Assembly (NCBI GenBank): GCA_046350735.1
Contig: JAXLZU010000001.1
Coordinates: 204,530 to 268,529 of the forward strand
Length of the DNA stretch: 64,000 nt
Direction of reading: 5' to 3'
Source of the DNA: Candidatus Saccharimonadota bacterium
Lineage (GTDB): Bacteria > Patescibacteriota > Saccharimonadia > CAILAD01 > BJGX01
Positions 9,373 to 17,919 of this stretch are shown here, piece after piece. The number at the start of each line of letters is the position of its first letter. The stretch's first letter is position 1. A program made the position numbers and the translations under genes. Below the pieces are notes generated by a model, which worked only from the letters and a program-made list of their open reading frames with translations, did not search any database and was not told the origin of the DNA.

Positions 9373-10323
9373 ATGCGCGTATCTAGACCTGTCAAAGGGG
9401 GTAGAGGCACCTTGTCGAATCGGTCAACCTCACAATCTACCAGAATGCAGAGGCTGGTGTATTTTCCGAGCCTTCATGGCAAAGAAAGTACATTGGTAGT
9501 TCCGTTTAAGTTTATTTTCGAAGTAATTGCCAAACTTACAATTTGTTGGTGGGCGTTACCATTAACATGGGTAGGCGAGAAAACACGACAGAATTGGCTT
9601 GTAATACTTATTAAGCAGATCCCAAATGCGCTAAGCTTTGTACGTATTATTGTTACGCCCTACATCTGTGTAAGGCTGGTAATGTATATCGCTAACAATA
9701 ACCATAGTAGTGCAGAAAACTGGTTTTTCTTGTTAATGTTGGTTATTAGTCTCGATGCACTTGATGGCCCCGCTGCCCGCGACCTCGATGCAGTGAGCGA
9801 GTTTGGAGCGCGGCTTGACCCTGCGAGCGATAAGTTTTGCTTTACCTTAATTGTACTGAGCTATTGTGTCGCTAGCTTGTTTGAATACAGTGTGGCATTT
9901 TGCGCCGTGGCAATTGGCCTGGCTCTGTGGTGTTTGCATGTAGAACTAAAGCTTATTAGGCTCTCAGTTGGGCCATTTAGACGTTTGTTGATAGTTCTCA
10001 AAAGCTACGATCCTGAATTTTCCGACCCAGGAGCGTTTATCTCGGGTAAGATTAAATTCAATCTTCAGGTTGCTGCCTGTGCTATTGGCTGGGCTGGTCT
10101 TATCTGGTTTCCGGCAGACCCGACAGCCATCTTACTGATGGTGATTATCTTGTTTGCTGCTCGTAGCTTTGGTGACAAGTCGCTAGGTATGCACAGGCAA
10201 GAATTTGCGTGGTTGGCAGTGGTAGCAATAATTTTGCAAAACTCGACTGGTTTAAAAGAAATAACTTCTACCGACTCAGATGAGCCGCCAGGCAACGTGT
10301 ATCCAATTCGTAAGCCTGCTTGA
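9373..10323 (+). CDS. CDP-alcohol phosphatidyltransferase (PgsA-like); true start probably downstream of 9373
   Basis: IPNALSFVRI N-terminal signature and D-G-x2-A-R...G...D-x3-D motif (DALDGPAARDLDAVSEFGARLDPASDK). Multiple TM segments. Confidence 0.6.
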   Translation: MRVSRPVKGGRGTLSNRSTSQSTRMQRLVYFPSLHGKESTLVVPFKFIFEVIAKLTICWWALPLTWVGEKTRQNWLVILIKQIPNALSFVRIIVTPYICVRLVMYIANNNHSSAENWFFLLMLVISLDALDGPAARDLDAVSEFGARLDPASDKFCFTLIVLSYCVASLFEYSVAFCAVAIGLALWCLHVELKLIRLSVGPFRRLLIVLKSYDPEFSDPGAFISGKIKFNLQVAACAIGWAGLIWFPADPTAILLMVIILFAARSFGDKSLGMHRQEFAWLAVVAIILQNSTGLKEITSTDSDEPPGNVYPIRKPA

Positions 10324-10460
10324 GGCCTATTACTCCGAGAACATCTCGGAGTTTTTATTTATGCCTCTTTTTTTACGTCACATCAAAATGCTCAAGCTAG
10401 TTATTTTGCGTAGGATAGTCTCTGCAAGCGTAAGACGTTTGCGCTATAATAAATATAACT

Positions 10461-12116
10461 ATGTCCGAAGAACATACACCAGATATTATTTACCTCGAAG
10501 CTGATAGCGAAATTACCGAAGCTATCGATAAGTTTAAGGCTGCCAAGGCTCATGAGGTGCGCGTGGCTGTACCTGCTCGTTCTACACTCTTGCAGAGCGC
10601 GGTTAATATTAAGCTATTTAAAAAAGCTGCCGAAAACAATAAGAAGAAATTGGTGCTTATTAGTAATGATAAAGCCACCCTTAGCTTGGCAGCAGGTCTT
10701 GGTGTACTGGTGGCCAAAAACGTCAAAGCCGAGGCGGCTATACCAGAGGCACTTACGGGCTCTATAGGAGAAAAGGCTGCAAACGAGCCAATTGTTATAG
10801 AACAAGAAAATCCACCAGAAGGGTCTACTAGCCAAAAAGGCAAAAAAGCCAAGCAGAGTAATAGTTTTCAAAAGCAACACATTGCCCTAGACGGTGAAGA
10901 CACTAAAACCGAAGAAGCAGAAAACTCTCAGCATCAACCCGTTGCTAGTCACCCTGCCAAAGAAAAGAAAGTGCCAAATTTTGGCGGTCTTAACAAGAAA
11001 ATATTCTGGATAGTTGCCGGTATCGGTGCCCTAGTGTTACTAATACTCGGCTATATATTCTTACCAACTGCCAAGGTGGCACTAATAGCAAAAGCACAGA
11101 AAACACCAGTAAACCTCAAGTTTACTCTCGATGCAGGTACAAAACGTTCGGATTTTTCTAGCGGTGATGTTGCGGCCGATACTATCTCTACTACAAAAGA
11201 AGTAAGTGGGCAGTTTAATGCTAGTGGTAAAAAAGACGTAGGCACCAAGGCAACCGGCAATATTACTATTAAGAACGCAGCTAGCTCGAATGCTATTAGT
11301 TTGCCTGCCGGAACAACGGTTGTCTCTGACGGTAAGGGCTTTACAACTAATCAGGCAGTTAGTGTTCCTGGGGCATCTGTTTCTGGTGGCCAAATAGTTC
11401 CTGGCACTGCCAATGTGGCAATTACCGCAACTCAAAGCGGCGATAGTTATAACTTTGGCAGCGCCGCCTTCTTGGTAAATGGCTATAGTGGCCTTACAGC
11501 TACCGGTTCTACAAGCGGCGGTGTTTCTAAGACTGTTACTGTAGTTACACAGGCAGATATAGATAAGGCTCAAAAAGCACTCATCGAAGATGCTACCAAC
11601 AATGTCAAAACTGAGTTGCAAAACAAAGCTGGTGATAATGAGTATGTCTTTGAACAAACACTTACCACCGAGGCAACATCGGTATCTAGCTCGGTTCCGG
11701 TTGATAGCGAGGGGAGTATTGTTACACTAACAGCTCAAATAAAATTCTCAGAGCTCGCTGCTAAAAACTCTGACTTAGATGAGTTGTTTAGAACCCAGAT
11801 ACAAAGTAAGGTGCCAGGGGGTAACGATATCTACCAAAGCGGTGCGAGCGATGCTACATATACCCTCGTAAAGAGTTATGGCGCAGACAAAGCTGACATG
11901 GCGGCTAGTAGTAACGCATTTTATGGGCAAAGTATAGACAAAGACCAAGTAGCCAAATCGATAGCCGGTAAAAGCAAAAAAGATGCTGCCGACATTATTA
12001 AACCTATCTATCCACAAGTAACCCAAGTATTGGTTGAGACGAATCCATGGTTAAGTCCTAATCTGCCATTCTTTGCTAATCGAATTAAGGTAGAAATTAG
12101 AGTCCAGACAGACTAA
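10461..12116 (+). CDS. hypothetical membrane-anchored protein with a large Ser/Thr/Gly-rich ectodomain
   Basis: 551 aa: cytoplasmic N-terminal domain of about 180 aa, one TM (IFWIVAGIGALVLLILGYIFL), then low-complexity S/T/G-rich ectodomain. Confidence 0.55.
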   Translation: MSEEHTPDIIYLEADSEITEAIDKFKAAKAHEVRVAVPARSTLLQSAVNIKLFKKAAENNKKKLVLISNDKATLSLAAGLGVLVAKNVKAEAAIPEALTGSIGEKAANEPIVIEQENPPEGSTSQKGKKAKQSNSFQKQHIALDGEDTKTEEAENSQHQPVASHPAKEKKVPNFGGLNKKIFWIVAGIGALVLLILGYIFLPTAKVALIAKAQKTPVNLKFTLDAGTKRSDFSSGDVAADTISTTKEVSGQFNASGKKDVGTKATGNITIKNAASSNAISLPAGTTVVSDGKGFTTNQAVSVPGASVSGGQIVPGTANVAITATQSGDSYNFGSAAFLVNGYSGLTATGSTSGGVSKTVTVVTQADIDKAQKALIEDATNNVKTELQNKAGDNEYVFEQTLTTEATSVSSSVPVDSEGSIVTLTAQIKFSELAAKNSDLDELFRTQIQSKVPGGNDIYQSGASDATYTLVKSYGADKADMAASSNAFYGQSIDKDQVAKSIAGKSKKDAADIIKPIYPQVTQVLVETNPWLSPNLPFFANRIKVEIRVQTD

Positions 12117-12517
12117 TGGCGGGTTATTTAGCGTTTGACTACGGAAGCCAAAGAATTGGTGTTGCGATGGGCGGGGGAAAACTTGGGAGGCCACAAGCAC
12201 TGACAATTATTCCTAACGACCAGTATAGTATTAGTACTATCCAATCACTTATTAAAGAGCATAATCCTACAAAAATTATCGTTGGGTTGCCTCATAATCT
12301 AGATGGCGAAGAAACTAACCAATCTATAGAGTGTCGTAACTTTGCTCGCCAGCTTGAGGCATTTAATAAGCAAGTGGTTTTGTATGACGAATCTCTATCT
12401 TCGCAGCGGGCTGAGCATCGCTTAGGTTCGTTATCGATACGTAAAAAAAAGCGACAACTCGATGCTCTAAGTGCACAAATAATTCTCGAGGACTACATAG
12501 CTCATGCAACCAAATAA
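12116..12517 (+). CDS. ruvX: putative pre-16S rRNA nuclease / Holliday-junction resolvase-like YqgF (RuvX)
   Basis: FDYGSQRIGVAMG N-terminus and IIVGLPHNLDG motif. Confidence 0.8.
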   Translation: MAGYLAFDYGSQRIGVAMGGGKLGRPQALTIIPNDQYSISTIQSLIKEHNPTKIIVGLPHNLDGEETNQSIECRNFARQLEAFNKQVVLYDESLSSQRAEHRLGSLSIRKKKRQLDALSAQIILEDYIAHATK

Positions 12518-13598
12518 TCATCATCAAATACCGCCACATACTCCTAGCCCAAAACTGCCAGAAGACAAGTCTGCGCAGTCTAGCAAGAAGGAATTAAGAA
12601 AAACTCCCTTGTGGCTACTTGTATTGCTTGGTGTTTTTGGGGTAATTACGGCGGTATTTGTAGCTGGCATTATTTGGCTTTTTTCGACGGTCTATGCAGT
12701 CAGAACCAATGTCTCGGTAAATGGCCAGATTTTTGAGGTAAAAAAAGGTGAAAGTATCAGTGAGATTGCCAATGAGCTGGCTCAACAAAGTCTAATAGAC
12801 AATCCCAACGCATTTGTGCTCTATGCCAAGTTAGGGCCGGCACATGGCCGGCTTATTCCTGGGCCGTATCTTATTCGCCCATCAAGCTCAATTGCATCGA
12901 TTGTAGGCGATATGAGTAGTGGCAGGATAGCGCAGAACAAAATTACGTTTCCAGAAGGTATAACCATGGCCGATATGGCAACCCGGTTTGCTAACGCTGG
13001 TTATGGCAGCAAAGAAGAGTATCTTTCGGCGGCCAAAAGCTTGGCGACAGATTATAGCTTTATTCCTGCTAGTGCTAAGGACAACCCAGAGGGCTACTTG
13101 TTTCCTTCTACCTATACATTTATACCCAACAGAGGTGCTACCGAGCTTGTAAAAAAACAATATGAAGCCTTTAATAGCGAGATGGTACCATTACTCCAGA
13201 GTAAGCAAGTTGCTAATCTTACGCCTAACCAAGTATTAACCCTAGCTTCTATTGTTGAGAAAGAAGCCCTAACTGAAAAAGACAGAAAGCTTGTTGCGGG
13301 AGTATTTTTGAATCGTCTTGCCAAAGGTATGAAATTTGAGAGTGATGTAACGGTAAATTATGCTACTGGTAAGAAAATCACCTCGCCAGCAGATTTAAGT
13401 GTTAATTCACCATACAACACGTATAGGATAGTTGGTTTACCACCAACCCCTATTAACAATCCAAGTACAGATAGTGTAGAAGCAGTGCTAAATTATACTC
13501 CTAACGACTATATTTTCTTTATTGCTGGTAATGATGGGGTGGTATATTATGCCAAAACATTGTCAGAACACAACCAAAATATCAAAAATCACCTATAA
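12504..13598 (+). CDS. mltG: endolytic murein transglycosylase MltG (YceG family)
   Basis: N-terminal TM and LTLASIVEKEA...VFLNRL signature. Confidence 0.8.
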   Translation: MQPNNHHQIPPHTPSPKLPEDKSAQSSKKELRKTPLWLLVLLGVFGVITAVFVAGIIWLFSTVYAVRTNVSVNGQIFEVKKGESISEIANELAQQSLIDNPNAFVLYAKLGPAHGRLIPGPYLIRPSSSIASIVGDMSSGRIAQNKITFPEGITMADMATRFANAGYGSKEEYLSAAKSLATDYSFIPASAKDNPEGYLFPSTYTFIPNRGATELVKKQYEAFNSEMVPLLQSKQVANLTPNQVLTLASIVEKEALTEKDRKLVAGVFLNRLAKGMKFESDVTVNYATGKKITSPADLSVNSPYNTYRIVGLPPTPINNPSTDSVEAVLNYTPNDYIFFIAGNDGVVYYAKTLSEHNQNIKNHL

Positions 13599-13914
13599 AA
13601 CAGCATTTTATGCTTTTATATAAGCAAAAAAATGCTCTTGCACACCGCTTTTCTTCGTGCTAGTATAGGCAACGTACTCTTTCTAAGGATAAGCATTTAG
13701 CTCTAGATTATGGTTTGTGAGCTTATCTTTGAAAGCGTTCCTGCAAATACCTTATCAGCAGAAGGAAAATAGAACAGTTTACCTGTTTTGAAAGATTAAT
13801 TAATAAGGTCGAATTTCCTGGTTCCAAAGCAAGCTTTGGAAGACGATAAGCTGCAGCGATTTCTCATCTCTTACGAAACGATGGGAAAGGGAGAATTTTA
13901 TTCGTAAAAAAGTA

Positions 13915-15105
13915 TTGGGATTGCCCCTACAAGTGCGCAGTGAATCTTTCACAAGCGTGGGGCAGCAAGATCAGCTCTCTAAAACAAACAATCCCAACCA
14001 AATAAACGCAGATGCTTCGGATCCATTGCCGAAAGCCTCTGCTGTAGTTGACCCCAAAAACCGACTCTTCTCGAGTCTTGGTAGCAACAGTAAAACCAAA
14101 AATCGCAAAAAACTGCACGTATCATCACGCTATGTATTGCACGCCGCATTTATTGTAGGTGTTGTTTTGGCTGTTGGTGCAGGTAAAGTACAATCTCAAG
14201 CTGGCTTAGTCTCGGCTAATAGTGACACACCACTCGATAAGACATCTATGATTACTACAGGTGCTGTACTAGCCCAGAGCTCGGTAAGTCTGGTTAACTC
14301 AGATCTTAATCAAGAAGCCAAAACCATCAACTCACAAACCACGATGGCAACAGCAGGAAACGAGTTCTTACAGAAGGGCCAACCAGTATTAGTAGGTAGC
14401 CAAAGCCGCGATATTACTACGTATGCTATTCAGAATGGTGATACTCTTAGCAGTATTGGCCAGAAGTTTAATATTACTACCGATACTATTAAGTGGGCTA
14501 ATAATATTACTGACGAAAACAGTATTAAGCCTGGTGATAAAATTGTCATTTTGCCGGTATCGGGTGTACTCTATACTGCTACTGGCGGAGACGATTTGGT
14601 AGCTGTAGCAGCTCGTTATCAGGCCAATGTAGCACTGATAGATAGTTTTAATAACTTAGAAGGTAAATCGCCTGTAGCTGGGCAGAAATTAGTTATACCA
14701 GACGGTGTTATTGCAGCTCCTGCCCCTGCTGTAGCAAAGACAACTGTTGCTACTACCAGCCCTACACCAACAAACGTTATTACTGGGTTTCATGGTGGCG
14801 GCGGTAGCTCGAGCAATAGCTACTCGTATGGATACTGTACTTGGTATGTTGCTACTCGTCGGTATGTTCCTCCTTTCTTGGGTAATGCCAATCAGTGGCC
14901 AAGTAATGCTCGCCGTGCAGGGATGAGTGTGGGTAACTCTCCTGTAGCGGGTGCTGCTGGTGTGTCTCGATATGGCAACCATGTTGTTTATATCGAACGT
15001 GTAGAAGGTGGAACAGTCTTTTATACCGAGATGAACGGCCCTGCTGGATGGGGACGCGTTAACTCTGGTACTGCTTCGGCCGGCAACTTCATCTACGTTT
15101 ACTAA
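13915..15105 (+). CDS. secreted peptidoglycan hydrolase with two LysM domains and a C-terminal CHAP domain
   Basis: LysM repeats (YAIQNGDTLSSIGQKF...; YTATGGDDLVAVAARY...) and CHAP core GYCTWYVA...H. Start uncertain. Confidence 0.75.
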   Translation: MGLPLQVRSESFTSVGQQDQLSKTNNPNQINADASDPLPKASAVVDPKNRLFSSLGSNSKTKNRKKLHVSSRYVLHAAFIVGVVLAVGAGKVQSQAGLVSANSDTPLDKTSMITTGAVLAQSSVSLVNSDLNQEAKTINSQTTMATAGNEFLQKGQPVLVGSQSRDITTYAIQNGDTLSSIGQKFNITTDTIKWANNITDENSIKPGDKIVILPVSGVLYTATGGDDLVAVAARYQANVALIDSFNNLEGKSPVAGQKLVIPDGVIAAPAPAVAKTTVATTSPTPTNVITGFHGGGGSSSNSYSYGYCTWYVATRRYVPPFLGNANQWPSNARRAGMSVGNSPVAGAAGVSRYGNHVVYIERVEGGTVFYTEMNGPAGWGRVNSGTASAGNFIYVY

Positions 15106-15115
15106 TAAAATTATT

Positions 15116-15146
15116 AAAAAACCCACTTTGATCCGTGGGTTTTTTG
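15116..15146 (+). terminator. rho-independent terminator (acccac-N8-gtgggt-TTTTTT) after the LysM/CHAP gene
   Basis: Hairpin plus T-run at 15141-15146. Confidence 0.6.
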
Positions 15147-15174
15147 TAATAAAAAAGCAGATCTTTAGGATCTG

Positions 15175-15540
15175 CTACGCATCTTCGCTAGCGAAAGAGT
15201 GTCTAAGAGCTGAATTTGCCCAGCCGGCAATTGTTTTAAACTTTGCAAGAGTCATTACCACATCTCCGTCTTCATTAATAAAGAGACTTCCGTCATTTCC
15301 GGGTCCATTAGGTAAACCGCCACAGGCACGTAGGAATGCTTGAGCATTCTCAGCAGAAAGAAACTCACCACTTCCTGTAGGCCAAGCAAAAAAGTGATCA
15401 CCGTGCAGTTCAGACTGGTCGTGTCCAGCCCGTTTAGTACAGTATCTTCCATGCGGTAATTCTGGATGAAATAGTTCGAGGCAAGTTGAATCAATATATT
15501 CTTGAGACACATATTTCATATCTGGTTGGCGTTTTGCCAT
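15175..15540 (-). CDS. hypothetical protein
   Basis: 121-aa ORF with its own hairpin/T-run terminator (15151-15175 on the minus strand). Confidence 0.45.
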   Translation of the reverse strand: MAKRQPDMKYVSQEYIDSTCLELFHPELPHGRYCTKRAGHDQSELHGDHFFAWPTGSGEFLSAENAQAFLRACGGLPNGPGNDGSLFINEDGDVVMTLAKFKTIAGWANSALRHSFASEDA

Positions 15541-15605
15541 CGATACTCCTTTAGGGTGCGAACAAAACTGTAGAAATTATAATATTACTATGCTATAATG
15601 TCAAT

Positions 15606-16868
15606 ATGTTTATAGATGTAGCTACAGTAAAAATACAGGCCGGTAACGGTGGTAATGGCTATCTTAGCTTTCATCGTACCAAAGGTAATGCCAAAGGTGG
15701 CCCAGATGGCGGTGATGGTGGTAATGGTGGTGACGTTATTTTGCGTGCCAGCCACAATACTAGTACCCTCTCTAAATATCGTACTAGCAAGCTCTGGGCA
15801 GCCCAAGATGGCGAGCAAGGTGGTAGCAATAGACGTCATGGCAAAAATGGCGAGTCGGTAGTGCTTTTGGTGCCACCGGGTACTGTTGTTTTTGATAACG
15901 AAGAACTGTTGGCAGATCTTACCAAAGATGGCCAAGAGGCTGTTATTGCCAAAGGTGGTAAGGGTGGCTTTGGTAATACTCACTTTAAAAGTTCTGTTCG
16001 TCAGGCTCCACAAATGGCCGAGTTAGGCGAACAAGGCGAGGCTAAGACACTAAAGCTAGAGTTAAAAATTGTTGCCGACGTTGGCCTTATTGGTCTGCCC
16101 AATGCTGGTAAGAGCACGCTACTTTCGGTAGTTAGCTCGGCCAAGCCAGAAATTGCCAACTATGCGTTTACAACGTTAGTGCCTAACCTAGGAGTGGTAG
16201 ATATCGATGGCAAAAGCCTCCTGCTGGCTGACATACCAGGATTAATAGAAGGTGCAAGTAAGGGTAAAGGTCTGGGGATAGAATTCTTACGCCACGTAGA
16301 GCGTTGTAGAGTGTTGTTGCAACTTATTGATGCCACTTCTACATATTGGGGTAAAGATTATCAGACTGTCAGAGACGAGTTGTCGTTATATTCTGCAGAA
16401 CTTGGCAAGAGACCATACTTGGTGGTTATTACTAAATCAGAAAGTGTTGCAAAGGCCGATTTAGAGAAAAAAGTTGCCAATTTTAGCAAACAAGCCAAGC
16501 TGAAAAAGAGTGAGATATATACCATTTCTGCAGTGGCTAATACTGGCATAGTTACGCTGCTCCGTGCCGCGCTAACTATGGTAGAGAAGAGCAACAAACA
16601 ACGCGAGCACGTACAGCCAGAAGAAGAGCTAGAAGTTATTACACTTGCACCTGGTGAGACTTGGGAAGTTAGCAAAGAAAAAGAAGGCTACAAAGTTAGT
16701 GGTACGCGTCTAGAGCGTTTTGCAGCTCGCACTAATTTTGATCAGCCCGATGGTATAAGACGATTGCGCGACATTCTAACGCGCGAGGGTGTTGGCCGCG
16801 AGCTGACTCGCCTTGGTGCCGAGCGTGGCGACACTATAATAATTGCTAAGAAAAAGCTGCAATGGTAA
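15606..16868 (+). CDS. obg: GTPase Obg
   Basis: Gly-rich Obg fold (GGNGGNG), then G1 to G4 GTPase motifs (GLPNAGKST, DIPG). Confidence 0.9.
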   Translation: MFIDVATVKIQAGNGGNGYLSFHRTKGNAKGGPDGGDGGNGGDVILRASHNTSTLSKYRTSKLWAAQDGEQGGSNRRHGKNGESVVLLVPPGTVVFDNEELLADLTKDGQEAVIAKGGKGGFGNTHFKSSVRQAPQMAELGEQGEAKTLKLELKIVADVGLIGLPNAGKSTLLSVVSSAKPEIANYAFTTLVPNLGVVDIDGKSLLLADIPGLIEGASKGKGLGIEFLRHVERCRVLLQLIDATSTYWGKDYQTVRDELSLYSAELGKRPYLVVITKSESVAKADLEKKVANFSKQAKLKKSEIYTISAVANTGIVTLLRAALTMVEKSNKQREHVQPEEELEVITLAPGETWEVSKEKEGYKVSGTRLERFAARTNFDQPDGIRRLRDILTREGVGRELTRLGAERGDTIIIAKKKLQW

Positions 16869-17416
16869 ATGTAGATGTAGCCGATATTCGTTTGCGCTGC
16901 GAAACCCAGCCAGACTTATTCTCGCCCAAAGGTCTCGATACTGGTTCTCGGCTTTTGCTAGAGACTATTATTAAGCAAAATACACCTTACCAATCTATTT
17001 TAGACTGGGGCTGCGGATGGGGAGCAATTGGTCTTGTTTTGGCTGCTCAGTTTGGTTCTGCCAAGGTAGTGGCTGTAGACTCTGATATTGCTGCTATTGC
17101 TACCACCAAAGAGAATATAGCAATTAATAAGCTAACCAATATAGAAGTAATTGCGAGCCATGGTTTTAGCGAGATAGCAGAGCAGCAGTTTGGTCTTATT
17201 GTTTCTAACCCACCCACACATCGTGGACGAGAGGTAGTAGACAATATGATACGCCAAAGTTACGAGCATTTAGATACCGATGGAGTATTGGCAATTGTTG
17301 TGGAGGCTCGCTTAAAGCCCTGGGTGGCTAGACAAATGAAGTTGGTGTTTGGCAATTACAAAATTGCGCAGCGTGGCCCCAAACATGTGGTTTTAATTGC
17401 AAAAAAATCGGAATAA
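16862..17416 (+). CDS. class I SAM-dependent methyltransferase (RsmC/RsmD-like MTS domain)
   Basis: LDWGCGWGAIG motif I and NPP(T)H motif IV, typical of rRNA m2G/m6A methyltransferases. Confidence 0.65.
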   Translation: MVNVDVADIRLRCETQPDLFSPKGLDTGSRLLLETIIKQNTPYQSILDWGCGWGAIGLVLAAQFGSAKVVAVDSDIAAIATTKENIAINKLTNIEVIASHGFSEIAEQQFGLIVSNPPTHRGREVVDNMIRQSYEHLDTDGVLAIVVEARLKPWVARQMKLVFGNYKIAQRGPKHVVLIAKKSE

Positions 17417-17431
17417 ACTTATGATTAGACT

Positions 17432-17641
17432 ATGGAAAAACGCGAACATAAGAACACTGCAGCTAGCCAGTTCTTTAAAGAAGGCAAAGAGCTACAAGCA
17501 CGCGATATAGCCCGAAGCGCTCACTACACCTATCGTGATGGGTTTAGACTGGGCCTTGGTATATTTATTGGTTTTTTGGTTGGCGCATTAGCACTTGTAC
17601 TTGTTGTCTATCTACTCAATCTTCTCTTACGGCTTATCTAA
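17432..17641 (+). CDS. small hypothetical membrane protein
   Basis: 69 aa with a C-terminal TM helix. Confidence 0.3.
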   Translation: MEKREHKNTAASQFFKEGKELQARDIARSAHYTYRDGFRLGLGIFIGFLVGALALVLVVYLLNLLLRLI

Positions 17642-17710
17642 TTGTTAAAACAGCTATTTTCTGATAGAATTATTGCGTTCTAGAAACAAAAAAGTTTTCA
17701 TAAAAATTAC

Positions 17711-17787
<77 letters not shown>

Positions 17788-17919
17788 GCAATCATATACA
17801 AGGTACACCAAACAGGCGCTCACTATTCGTAGTCGGACGCCTTTCTATTTGTGTGTAGGGATTTGGCTGTTTGTCAAACGACCAGCTGTTTGAGACAATA
17901 CATAACATAAGCAATATCT

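Noticed and set aside
17788-17919. Integrase, recombinase or att repeat adjacent to tRNA-Ala
   Set aside because: No recombinase ORF in the block. No direct repeat of the tRNA 3' end was found by eye downstream.
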